From assembly GCA_964535715.1 (NCBI GenBank), contig CAZHUO010000001.1, positions 31,696-95,695 of the forward strand: a stretch of DNA of 64,000 nucleotides. Reading direction: 5' to 3'. The stretch's first letter is position 1. Every line of letters starts with the position of its first letter. This DNA comes from an uncultured Gammaproteobacteria bacterium. Its GTDB lineage: Bacteria > Patescibacteriota > Patescibacteriia > Buchananbacterales > UBA6539. Positions 19,997 to 29,360 of this stretch are shown here, piece after piece. The notes under the pieces are model-generated. The model was given only the letters and a program-made list of their open reading frames with translations, was not told the origin of the DNA and made no database searches. Both the position numbers and the translations under genes were made by a program.

Positions 19997-21892
19997 ATGG
20001 CAATTTCTCCGCAAGAAATAATTAAAGAGGAAAAACTTAAAGCCCTCAAAGAAAAAGGCCTGATTGATTCTGTAAAAACCAAAAAGGAAGAAGTGGCAGA
20101 TGTAAAAGAGCAAAAAGTTCTGCTCGAAGAGGAAAGAATCTACCGGGAAGGGATAGTTTCAATTAAGGATTTAATTGCTCCATCATCGATGGAAGTTACC
20201 CCGACTTTCATAAAGCTCGGTACCCAGTTTGTCAGGACTATTTTTGCAGTCAGTTATCCGCGCTATATTGCCGTTGGCTGGTTTGCGCCGATTATCAATG
20301 TCAGTGCAGTTTTGGATATAGCAATGTTTTTTTATCCCTTAAGCGCCCATATAATTTTAAAACAATTAAGGAATAAGGTCGGCGCCTTGGAAGCGCAAAT
20401 TATTGCCGACCGGGAAAAAGGAGCGCCGCGCGACCCAATCAGGGAAACAGCTCTCAGAGACATAGAAAAATTAAGAGATGACCTTACTCAGGGAATTGAA
20501 CATTTTTTTCAATTTGGACTTTATGTGACAATATATACGGAATCCAAAGAAAAATTGGAAAATTTAACCAATGATATAGAGGCGATGTTTGGCATGCGTT
20601 TGGTTATTTCAAAAAAAGTTTTATATCAATCCGAGCAGGGATTCAATTCGACTCTGCCTTTGGGCAATGACGAGCTGATGATCAGCTTTAATATGAATTC
20701 TTCGCCAATTGCATCTTCGTTTCCTTTCATATCTTCAGAGCTTACTTCGGATGAAGGAATTTTATACGGGATAAACCGCCACAACAACAGCTTGATTTTA
20801 TTTAATCGATTTTCTTTGCAAAATGCCAATACGGTTGTATTTGCGACATCCGGCGCCGGAAAAAGCTATGCAATTAAGCTTGAAGTTTTAAGGACTATGA
20901 TGTTTGGAACGGACATTATTGTCATTGATCCGGAGCGGGAATACAAGCATCTTTGCGATGCTGTCGGCGGAGCTTATGTCAATATTTCATTAAGTTCTGA
21001 GGCAAAAGTAAATCCTTTTGATCTGCCCAGGGCGATTGGAGAGCAAAAAACTTCCGATGTCATCCGCGGAGCGGTCATATCGCTTAAGGGTTTGATGAGG
21101 CTGATGCTTGGCCAGTTAAGCCATCAGGAAGATTCTTTAGTTGACCGGGCGCTTTTGGAAACTTATGCTAAAAAAGACATTACCGGAGATTCTGACTTGT
21201 CAAAAGTTGAATCGCCGATAATGCAGGATTTTCAAGATATTCTTGAGGGAATGGAAGGCGGATCAGATTTGGCTTTACGGCTTAAAAAATATACAAAAGG
21301 AACTTTTTCGGGTCTTTTTAATAATCCGACAAATGTTGATATGAAAAATCAGCTGGTTATTTTTTCGGTACGCGACCTGGAAGATGAGCTTCGGCCGATT
21401 GCAATTTATAATATTGTCAATTATATTTGGAATGTGGTTCGTTCCGAACTTAAAAAGAGGATTTTAATAATTGATGAGGCATGGTGGCTGATGCAGAATG
21501 AAGATTCGGCAAAATTCATATATGCATTGGTTAAGCGCTGCAGAAAATATTATCTTGGAGTCACCAATATTACTCAGGACGTTAATGACTTTTTGCTTTC
21601 TCCGTACGGCCAGGCAATTGTCAATAATTCGGCATTGCAGCTTCTAATGCGCCAGTCTTCGGCATCTATTGATCTTGTTCAAAAAACTTTTTTACTGACC
21701 GAAGGAGAAAAATATCTGCTTTTGGAATGCGGAGTTGGGGAGGGCATATTTTTTGCCGGTGACAAGCATGCGGCCATTAAAGTAGTTTCTTCTTATACCG
21801 AAGACCAGCTGATTACTTCCGACCCCAGGCAAATTTTGGAAATTGAACAGTCTAAAAGAGAATTTGAAGAATCAAGATCTGAAAGAGAATAG
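19997..21892 (+). CDS. virB4: VirB4/TrbE/CagE-family type IV secretion ATPase
   Basis: Walker A FATSGAGKSY and Walker B LIIDEAWWLM. N-terminal motif RTIFAVSYPRYIAVGWFAPI...SAHI typical of the CagE_TrbE_VirB domain. At 631 aa it is the size of Gram-positive-type VirB4. Confidence 0.85.
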   Translation: MAISPQEIIKEEKLKALKEKGLIDSVKTKKEEVADVKEQKVLLEEERIYREGIVSIKDLIAPSSMEVTPTFIKLGTQFVRTIFAVSYPRYIAVGWFAPIINVSAVLDIAMFFYPLSAHIILKQLRNKVGALEAQIIADREKGAPRDPIRETALRDIEKLRDDLTQGIEHFFQFGLYVTIYTESKEKLENLTNDIEAMFGMRLVISKKVLYQSEQGFNSTLPLGNDELMISFNMNSSPIASSFPFISSELTSDEGILYGINRHNNSLILFNRFSLQNANTVVFATSGAGKSYAIKLEVLRTMMFGTDIIVIDPEREYKHLCDAVGGAYVNISLSSEAKVNPFDLPRAIGEQKTSDVIRGAVISLKGLMRLMLGQLSHQEDSLVDRALLETYAKKDITGDSDLSKVESPIMQDFQDILEGMEGGSDLALRLKKYTKGTFSGLFNNPTNVDMKNQLVIFSVRDLEDELRPIAIYNIVNYIWNVVRSELKKRILIIDEAWWLMQNEDSAKFIYALVKRCRKYYLGVTNITQDVNDFLLSPYGQAIVNNSALQLLMRQSSASIDLVQKTFLLTEGEKYLLLECGVGEGIFFAGDKHAAIKVVSSYTEDQLITSDPRQILEIEQSKREFEESRSERE

Positions 21893-21918
21893 ATATTAAA
21901 AAATTAATAATAAAAAAT

Positions 21919-22530
21919 ATGAATATTAATTTTGGAGAGATTTCAAAAAGAAACAAAATAATTATTTTGGTTTCAGTGGCAGTAATTATTTTGATTATTG
22001 CCTTATTGATTTGGTTTTTTTCAAAAAGTAAGTCTGAGCCGCCAATAGCCGGTTTGGTAAATACTAATCAAGGAGTGAGCGGCCCTTCAGAATTGCCCAG
22101 CGCTTCTTTGGTTATTCCTGAATATGATGCTTCTTTGGTAAAAGATAAAGAACTTGATGCCGGCCTAAGGGCGATTGCCTTTACATTTTCCGAACGCTTT
22201 GGCAGCTATTCAAATGAAGGAAATTTTAACAACGTCGAGTCGGTAAACAGCATTATGACGGCTAGAATGAGGGCGTGGGTGACTAACTATCTCATACAAC
22301 AGGGTGAAAGGCAATCAGACGCCGTTTATTACGGCATTACTACCAAGGCTCTTTCAGTAAATATAAGTAAATTCGATGAAAATTCCGGGCGAGCCGAAGT
22401 AATTGTTACGACTCAAAGACAAGAAAATCTGGGCAGCACGGAAAATGCCAAAGTCTATTATCAAGATTTAAAATTAGATTTGGTAAACAGCGAACAAGGC
22501 TGGAAGGTTGATTCGGCTTCGTGGCTTTAG
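21919..22530 (+). CDS. Bitopic membrane protein (N-terminal TM plus ~170-aa extracytoplasmic domain). VirB8-like by architecture.
   Basis: IIILVSVAVIILIIALLIWFF anchor followed by a soluble domain. It is immediately downstream of virB4. Confidence 0.45.
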   Translation: MNINFGEISKRNKIIILVSVAVIILIIALLIWFFSKSKSEPPIAGLVNTNQGVSGPSELPSASLVIPEYDASLVKDKELDAGLRAIAFTFSERFGSYSNEGNFNNVESVNSIMTARMRAWVTNYLIQQGERQSDAVYYGITTKALSVNISKFDENSGRAEVIVTTQRQENLGSTENAKVYYQDLKLDLVNSEQGWKVDSASWL

Positions 22531-22603
22531 GGTTTATAGGCATAGTAAATCAACATAGCGTATCTAAAGTTGGCAAATTTAAAGCCGACAAACATTAGCT
22601 GCT

Positions 22604-23269
22604 ATGTTTGATTTTAAAAATTACATTATTGATTTGCTTTTTCCTATCGAATGCATTGGCTGCAATAAAGAAGGCAGATGGATTTGTGATAATTGCATAA
22701 ACGAAATAAAAATTAACTCGGAAATTATTGAGCTGAAAGGAAAAAATAATTATCTTTCCGGCTTACTGGTCGCATCAGACTATAATCAGAAATTGATATG
22801 CAATGCATTGCATTTATTCAAATATAATTTTGCTTATTCTTTAGGAAATGATTTGGCGGAAATATTATTAAAGTATTTAAAATCAATTTTAATAAGAGAA
22901 AATTTTGATAAATTCGACATGGTAATTCCAGTTCCTTTGTCAAAAAAAAGAAGGCTTTGGAGAGGTTTCAATCAGTCAGAAATTTTAGCAGTCAAAGTCT
23001 GTCACGAATTCGGCTGGTTGCTTTCATCGGATACATTGGGCCGCAAGATTAATAATGTTCCCCAAGTCGGCCTAAACGCCAAAGAAAGACGCGAAAATGT
23101 CAGGGATATATTTTATTTAAAAAGCGATAATTTGCTGTATAATCGAAATATACTATTGATAGATGATGTTTTTACAACCGGGGCGACAATGCAGGAATGT
23201 GCCAAAATATTAAAAATGGGAGGGGCAAATTCCGTTTGGGGTCTGGCATTGGCAAAAAACCAGGCTTGA
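22604..23269 (+). CDS. comFC: Competence protein ComFC (double zinc-ribbon plus phosphoribosyltransferase fold)
   Basis: N-terminal CxxC...CxxC (CIGCNKEGRWICDNC) and a C-terminal PRTase motif LLIDDVFTTGATM. Confidence 0.8.
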   Translation: MFDFKNYIIDLLFPIECIGCNKEGRWICDNCINEIKINSEIIELKGKNNYLSGLLVASDYNQKLICNALHLFKYNFAYSLGNDLAEILLKYLKSILIRENFDKFDMVIPVPLSKKRRLWRGFNQSEILAVKVCHEFGWLLSSDTLGRKINNVPQVGLNAKERRENVRDIFYLKSDNLLYNRNILLIDDVFTTGATMQECAKILKMGGANSVWGLALAKNQA

Positions 23270-23487
23270 TAATTTAATGGCTTTATGCTAAGATTTACTA
23301 GTTAAAATAATCAGGATTAATCGTTAACTGCTCATTTTAAATTGTAAATTGTTAACTTGCCTATAAGCAAGCTGTTAATTGTTAACCTGCCTACCGTCTT
23401 GTTGCCGAGTGCCGGCAGGCAGTTAACTGTTAATTGTTTCAGCCAGAGGCTGATTCGCCTATGGCGAAAACTGTCAACTGTTATTAT

Positions 23488-23963
<476 letters not shown>

Positions 23964-23980
23964 TCCCACCCTCTCCGCCA
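23964..23980 (+). repeat. Duplicated tRNA-Ser 3' end (tcccaccctctccgcca), att-like junction between the two element copies
   Basis: Exact 17-nt copy of tRNA positions 23561-23577. A degenerate third copy (atccaccctctc) lies at 24549-24560. Confidence 0.8.
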
Positions 23981-24065
23981 GACTACGCTCCTCACTTTGT
24001 TCGGAGCTTCGTCTGACAGGCTAGATAATATCAACATAGCGCGCTTAATAAATAATTTTTGCGCT

Positions 24066-24499
24066 ATGTACTATGTTTATTTTTTGAAAAGTAAGAAAGC
24101 AGAAAATTGGATATATACAGGTTCAACAGTTAATTTAAAAAAAAGATTTTTAGATCACAGTTTAGGAAAATCATTATCGACAAAACCATATTTACCAGTT
24201 TATTGGCGACGTAGGGCGAGAGAAACAAAAAGTAAACAACTTTTGTTTCCGAGCCGAGGAGCCATCAAAGGGTCAATACCCGAAAGCGCTCCGTCGCCAA
24301 AGCTTTAATTATTCAGCTTTGGAGCGTCGGCGACTTGCTGCGGAAGAAGTGGGCGGAGCTTGCTCCGCGGTTTAATACCCTTTATTTAGCAGCTTATATA
24401 GCAGTTAAAACAGAAAGAAAGGCAAGAGATTTAGAAAAATATTTTAAGGCTGGGTCAGGCAAAGCAATATTAAAAAAAAGAATTTTAACTAACGAAGTG
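24066..24499 (+). pseudogene. GIY-YIG gene, copy 2, disrupted by MITE-like insertion after codon ~46
   Basis: The reading frame is identical to 23663..23917 up to ...KPYLPVY. It then runs into the insert (182 bp including the duplication, not a multiple of 3). Confidence 0.6.
24205..24380 (+). mobile_element. MITE-like structured repeat, copy b, with 6-bp TTTATT target duplication
   Basis: Empty site in copy 1 is ccagTTTATTtagcagc. Filled site in copy 2 is ccagTTTATT[ggcgacgtagggcgag...ggtttaataccc]TTTATTtagcagc. Internal stems ggcgacg/cgtcgcc, gaaacaaaa/ttttgtttc and gcggagc/gctccgc. Confidence 0.75.
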
Positions 24500-24596
24500 T
24501 AAACGTAATCAGTTTTAAGCGACGAAGCCCTTTAAAGGGCGTAGTCGCATCCACCCTCTCAATTTGAATATATATAAAAATAAATAAAATAAATTT

Positions 24597-25094
24597 ATGT
24601 CAAAAGAAATAATTGAAGGTGAAGATTTGGGAAAAATTTTATTCAAATGGCAGTTTCCTGAATTTCCGAAATATGACAGGAAAAGGGGCTGGTATATTTG
24701 GGGCGGTATTATCATTTTTGTGTTTATAATTTATTCCATCATTACATCTAATTTTCTTTTTGCCTTAATTACGGTAATTTTTACCCTGACAATCATGCTT
24801 TTTCGCCAAAGTGAAAATACCGTTGATTTCAAAATTACCGAGGATGGCATTGTTGTTAACAGTAAGTTCTATGAATATAAAGAAATTAAGAATTTTTATA
24901 TAATATATGAGCCGCCGGAAGTAAAAAATCTTTATTTTGAACCAAAAAGCCTTCTTAGTCCGAGAATTCCAATAAATTTAGAGGATCAGAATCCGGTGCT
25001 TATCAGAAAAACCTTACTGCAATATTTGGACGAGGATTTGGATCGAGAAAATGAGCCGACTTCTGACCAGTTTTCCCGATTGTTTAAATTATAA
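24597..25094 (+). CDS. Hypothetical two-TM membrane protein (165 aa)
   Basis: Hydrophobic pair WYIWGGIIIFVFIIYSIITSNFLFALITVIFTLTIMLF followed by a soluble domain. Confidence 0.6.
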   Translation: MSKEIIEGEDLGKILFKWQFPEFPKYDRKRGWYIWGGIIIFVFIIYSIITSNFLFALITVIFTLTIMLFRQSENTVDFKITEDGIVVNSKFYEYKEIKNFYIIYEPPEVKNLYFEPKSLLSPRIPINLEDQNPVLIRKTLLQYLDEDLDRENEPTSDQFSRLFKL

Positions 25095-25137
25095 ATCCCA
25101 GGAATTTTTTGATGAAAATCAGATAGTTTACGGTTAT

Positions 25138-25211
25138 GTCCCAGTAGCTCAGCTGGATAGAGCGCAAGCTTGCGGAGCTTGAGGCCGCAGGTTCGATTCC
25201 TGCCTGGGACG
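25138..25211 (+). tRNA. tRNA-Arg (anticodon GCG)
   Basis: GTCCCAG acceptor stem pairing with CTGGGAC. D-arm AGCTCAGCTGGATAGAGC. Anticodon stem CAAGC/GCTTG with loop uuGCGga. T-arm GCAGGTTCGATTCCTGC. CCA is not encoded. Confidence 0.7.
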
Positions 25212-25236
25212 CTACCATTATTTGTAAATATCGGAA

Positions 25237-27306
25237 ATGAAATTTGATTTAAAAACTTCCGTAGATAAAATTACTCGGGTCGGCAAAGCAACTGCCGGCC
25301 GTTTGAGAAAGCTTGATATTGAGACCGTTTTGGATCTCATTTTTTATTATCCTTTCCGCTGGCAGGACTTTAGCCAAATTGTTGATATTTCTGATTTAAA
25401 ACCAACCGATGCAATTACCATTAAAGCCAAAATCCAGTTGATCAACAGCCGCCGAAGCTTTGCCAAAAAGAAAATTTTAACCGAAGCGTTAGTTTCTGAC
25501 AAAACCGGGACCATAAAAGTAATTTGGTTTAATCAGCCATTTTTAACAAAAGTTTTAAAGCCGGGTGATGAAATATATCTTTCAGGCAAAGTTGATTTTG
25601 ACCGCTATTCATTGCAATTTATCAATCCAATATACGAAAAAGTTGCCCTAAGCCAAACGACAACCCATACTGCCAGGCTAGTGCCGATTTATTCTGTGAC
25701 CAGCAACCTTACCGGAAAGCAACTGCGTTTTCTGATTAAGTCTGTAATGCCGGCGATTAATCTGGTAGAAGACTGGCTGCCCAAGGAAATTATAAAAAAT
25801 TACGGCTTGGTTGATTTGCATTTTGCTTTAAGTCAAATCCATTTTCCCAAAAATAAAAAATGCCTAGATCAGGCAGTTAAAAGGCTTAAGTTCGACGAGC
25901 TTTTTTTATTTCAGCTGCAAGTCCAGCTGACCAAAAAAGAAATCAGTCTAAGCCAAGCTAAAAGCATCAAATTCAAGGAAAAAGAAACTAAGGATTTCGT
26001 TTCAGCGCTGCCTTTTAGGCTTACTGATGACCAGCGCAAAGCCGCTTGGCAGATAATTTCTGATGTTCAAAAAAGCAGGCCGATGAATCGGCTTTTGGAA
26101 GGCGAAGTCGGTAGTGGCAAAACTTTAGTGGCGATAATTGCCATGCTTAATACGGCATTAAATTGTAAGCAAGCCGTTTTGCTTGCACCGACCGAAATTT
26201 TAGCCAGCCAACATTACAAAAGCATTTTTGATCTTTTACGGGGTAATGGCATTAAAACTGCGCTTTTGAGCCGTTCTTATCATATGCTGGACGGCAAAGA
26301 AGCCGGAAAAAAAGAAATTTTGAATTGTTTAAAGACCGGTTTAGCAGAAATTATTGTGGGAACACATTCATTAATCCAGGAAAACGTCACATTTAAAGAT
26401 TTGGCATTGGCAATAATAGACGAACAGCATCGGTTCGGCGTAAACCAAAGAAAACATTTGTGCAACCTTTCCGGCAATTTGGAAACTTTTCCTCATTTTC
26501 TTTCAATGACGGCAACGCCGATTCCGCGATCACTTGCTTTGACTCTGTATGGCGATTTGGAAATTTCAATTATCAAGCAGCTGCCCAAGGATCGAAAAAA
26601 AATAATTACTAAAATTATAGATTATTCATCCAAAAAAAAGACTTATGAATTTATGAGAAAACAGATACGGTCGGGCAGGCAGGCTTTTGTAATCTGCCCA
26701 TTGATTGATCCATCGGATAAGCTTGGAGTTAAATCAGTCAGTGAAGAATATGAAAAATTGAGCAAAGAAATATTTCCGGATTTGAAAATTAAAATGCTTC
26801 ACGGCAGGCTGAAATCAGTTGAAAAAGAAAAAATAATGGTTGATTTTTTGGCTGAAAAAAGCGATATTTTGGTTGCAACCTCTGTTATTGAAGTCGGTGT
26901 TGATGTGCCTAATGCTTCAATAATGCTGATAGAGGGTGCTGACCGGTTCGGACTGGCTCAGCTTCATCAGTTCCGCGGCCGTGTCGGGCGTGGCCAGCAC
27001 CAGTCATACTGTTTTTTGTTCAGTGAGAATAAAAATCCAAAGACTTGTCAAAGACTTTTGGCTTTAACTACTGCCAAAGACGGCTTTGAGCTGGCCGAAC
27101 TGGATTTGCAGCTTAGAGGTCCAGGTGAAATATACGGCACAATCCAATCCGGTTTTCCGGAATTCAAAATTGCTAAATTTTCCGATGTTGAGATTATTAA
27201 CCAAGCAAAAGAAGCGGCAGAAAAAATTGTTTTAGAAGGGATAGAAAAGCATTCCTTGCTTAAAGAAAAAATGGCTCAACTGTCAAAGTCAGTCCATTTG
27301 GAATAG
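25237..27306 (+). CDS. recG: ATP-dependent DNA helicase RecG
   Basis: Wedge/OB N-terminal region. Helicase motif I GEVGSGKTLVA, motif II IIDEQHRFGV, motif VI QFRGRVGRG. 689 aa. Confidence 0.9.
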   Translation: MKFDLKTSVDKITRVGKATAGRLRKLDIETVLDLIFYYPFRWQDFSQIVDISDLKPTDAITIKAKIQLINSRRSFAKKKILTEALVSDKTGTIKVIWFNQPFLTKVLKPGDEIYLSGKVDFDRYSLQFINPIYEKVALSQTTTHTARLVPIYSVTSNLTGKQLRFLIKSVMPAINLVEDWLPKEIIKNYGLVDLHFALSQIHFPKNKKCLDQAVKRLKFDELFLFQLQVQLTKKEISLSQAKSIKFKEKETKDFVSALPFRLTDDQRKAAWQIISDVQKSRPMNRLLEGEVGSGKTLVAIIAMLNTALNCKQAVLLAPTEILASQHYKSIFDLLRGNGIKTALLSRSYHMLDGKEAGKKEILNCLKTGLAEIIVGTHSLIQENVTFKDLALAIIDEQHRFGVNQRKHLCNLSGNLETFPHFLSMTATPIPRSLALTLYGDLEISIIKQLPKDRKKIITKIIDYSSKKKTYEFMRKQIRSGRQAFVICPLIDPSDKLGVKSVSEEYEKLSKEIFPDLKIKMLHGRLKSVEKEKIMVDFLAEKSDILVATSVIEVGVDVPNASIMLIEGADRFGLAQLHQFRGRVGRGQHQSYCFLFSENKNPKTCQRLLALTTAKDGFELAELDLQLRGPGEIYGTIQSGFPEFKIAKFSDVEIINQAKEAAEKIVLEGIEKHSLLKEKMAQLSKSVHLE

Positions 27307-27329
27307 TTTATAATTTTTTAGTATAATTT

Positions 27330-27387
27330 CTACAAGCTACAAGCTACAAGCTACAAGCTACAAGCTACAAGCTACAAGCTACAAGCT
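27330..27387. repeat. Heptanucleotide microsatellite (CTACAAG)x8
   Basis: Eight perfect tandem units between convergent recG and mpg. The reverse complement CTTGTAG supplies the TAG stop of mpg. Confidence 0.9.
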
Positions 27388-27921
27388 GATATAAAACCGC
27401 CAAAGCTTGTCTTTGTATTCACCGGCATAATCAACATTGACTCGCGGTGCTTTTTTTATATCTGTTGGTTTTATTTTCACACCCCGCTCTTCAATCCAAA
27501 GCTGGCAGCTTTTGCCAAAAGCCGGGCTGGAATTTATTGATTTGTCAATTTTAAAAGCTTTGCAGAGCTTGCCCGGTCCATCAGTTTTAGTTTTTAAGTT
27601 AATTCCTAAAATAGGTTTAACCCCGCGGATCAAAACAGCAGCTGGATAATTTTTGTGTTCAGTCACCACATTAAGGCAATTATACATTCCATAGATTAAA
27701 TAGACATACCAAAAACCTGGTGATCCAAACATTATTTCATTTCTTTTGGTTTTTCCGCGGCTGGCGTGTGAAGCTTTGTCAGATAGTCCAACGTATGCTT
27801 CAGTTTCAGTGATCATGCCAACTATTATTTTTTTACCAATTTTTCTAATTAAAAATTTTCCCAGCAATTGCTGGGCAGTTTTAATAGTTGGCTGATTGTA
27901 AAAATTTTTGTTCAGTTTCAT
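27379..27921 (-). CDS. mpg: DNA-3-methyladenine glycosylase (Mpg/AAG family)
   Basis: ETEAYVGLSDKASHASRGKTKRNEIMFGSPGFWYVYLIYGMYNCLNVV matches the AAG/Mpg fold signature. Confidence 0.85.
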   Translation of the reverse strand: MKLNKNFYNQPTIKTAQQLLGKFLIRKIGKKIIVGMITETEAYVGLSDKASHASRGKTKRNEIMFGSPGFWYVYLIYGMYNCLNVVTEHKNYPAAVLIRGVKPILGINLKTKTDGPGKLCKAFKIDKSINSSPAFGKSCQLWIEERGVKIKPTDIKKAPRVNVDYAGEYKDKLWRFYISL

Positions 27922-27945
27922 TACCCTCAGAGTGAGTATTTATGG

Positions 27946-29286
27946 TCAATCAATTATTTTTACCGCTTCCGCCAAGCTTTTGACTTGGTAGATTTTTGCT
28001 TTAGAAGAAATTATTTCTTTGGTATTGGGAATTATTATATTTTTAAAGCCCAATTTTTCCGCTTCAGCAATTCTTTTTGCCGTCTGATTTACAGCTCTGA
28101 CTTCACCGCCCAAACCGACCTCACCGAAAGCCAACATGTCTGACGGGATAATTTTGTTTTTTAAGGCGGAATAAATCGCTAAACATACCGCCAGATCGAT
28201 TGCCGGTTCGCTGACTTTCAGTCCGCCGACTAAATTGAGATAAATATCATTATTTGCCAGCTTCAAGCCCAGGCGGCGTGACAAAGTGGCAATTAAAAGT
28301 AAAAGCCGGTTTAAATCAAAGCCTTGGCTTTTGCGTTGGGGATAGCCAAAATTAGTTAAATTTTCCAGAATTTGCACTTCTATTAAAAATACTCTTGAGC
28401 CTTCCAGTGCGGCGGTAATTATTGTTCCGGCAGTTGGATTTTTTTCAGTTAAAAATATTGCTCCCGGATTTTTAACTTCAACCAAGCCTTTTGTCTGCAT
28501 TTCAAATATTCCAACCTCAAATGTCGAGCCAAAACGATTTTTAACCGTTCGAAGGATTCTGAAGGAATGGAATTGGTCGCCTTCAAGGTATAAAACAGTG
28601 TCAACCAGATGTTCAAGCGTCTTGGGTCCGGCAACTTCGCCAAATTTTGTTACGTGGCCGATTATTAAAATACAAATATTATTTTTTTTCGCCATATCCA
28701 GCAGCTTCGTGGCGCAGATTCTGACCTGGTTTATGCTACCGGCGCCTGACGCCGTTTCATCAGAGTAGACAGTTTGAATAGAATCAATTATTGCAAGCTT
28801 CGGTTTTTGATCTAGTATTGTTGAAATTATCGTCTCAACATTGGTTTCGCCGAGAAAACTCAGGTTGCCGGTTTTTATTTCAAGCCGATCGATTCTGGTT
28901 TTAATTTGTTCAGCCGATTCCTCGCCTGATACATAAAGGATTGATTCTTTTATTTTATGGCAAATCTGCAAAACCAGCGTTGATTTGCCTATCCCTGGTT
29001 CGCCGCCAAGCAAGATTACTGATCCGCTTACAATCCCGCCGCCTAAGACGCGGTCAAATTCTTCAATGCCGGTTTGAAGCCTTTTAAAATTATTAATCTT
29101 TATATTATCAAAAGATACCACTTTTGCAGGCGTTATTTTGTTTTTAGTTGTTTGGGATTTTGAATTTTTTATTTCTGATTTATCCAATGTTCCCCACTGT
29201 CCGCATTCCGTGCATCTTCCTTGCCATTTGGGAAATTGGGCATCACAGTTTTGGCAGATATAGATTTCTGAGATTGGTTTGGGCAT
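27946..29286 (-). CDS. radA: DNA repair protein RadA/Sms
   Basis: N-terminal zinc ribbon CQNCDAQFPKWQGRCTECGQW. Walker A GGEPGIGKSTL. KNRFG motif and a Lon-like C-terminal domain. Confidence 0.9.
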   Translation of the reverse strand: MPKPISEIYICQNCDAQFPKWQGRCTECGQWGTLDKSEIKNSKSQTTKNKITPAKVVSFDNIKINNFKRLQTGIEEFDRVLGGGIVSGSVILLGGEPGIGKSTLVLQICHKIKESILYVSGEESAEQIKTRIDRLEIKTGNLSFLGETNVETIISTILDQKPKLAIIDSIQTVYSDETASGAGSINQVRICATKLLDMAKKNNICILIIGHVTKFGEVAGPKTLEHLVDTVLYLEGDQFHSFRILRTVKNRFGSTFEVGIFEMQTKGLVEVKNPGAIFLTEKNPTAGTIITAALEGSRVFLIEVQILENLTNFGYPQRKSQGFDLNRLLLLIATLSRRLGLKLANNDIYLNLVGGLKVSEPAIDLAVCLAIYSALKNKIIPSDMLAFGEVGLGGEVRAVNQTAKRIAEAEKLGFKNIIIPNTKEIISSKAKIYQVKSLAEAVKIID

Positions 29287-29310
29287 ATATAGGTAAATTT
29301 AGCCAGACCA

Positions 29311-29338
29311 GTAAATCCAGCCGGTCAACTGGATTTAC
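29311..29338. terminator. Perfect 10-bp stem-loop between the TolB-like gene and radA
   Basis: gtaaatccag-ccggtcaa-ctggatttac. Confidence 0.4.
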
Positions 29339-29360
29339 TAAATTTACTGAAATTGTTAAT

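Larger units (their letters stand above)
23981..24548 (+). mobile_element. GIY-YIG mini-element, copy 2 (tandem), carrying a secondary MITE-like insertion
   Basis: Identical to copy 1 (offset 403 bp) apart from the 176-bp insert at 24205-24380. Same TIRs gactacgc / gcgtagtc. Confidence 0.6.

Noticed and set aside
23997-24308. 103-aa ORF reading from the GIY-YIG copy into the MITE
   Set aside because: Chimeric: the C-terminal 35 codons are translated MITE sequence (SRGAIKGSIPESAPSPKL also appears from copy c). Annotated as a disrupted pseudogene instead.
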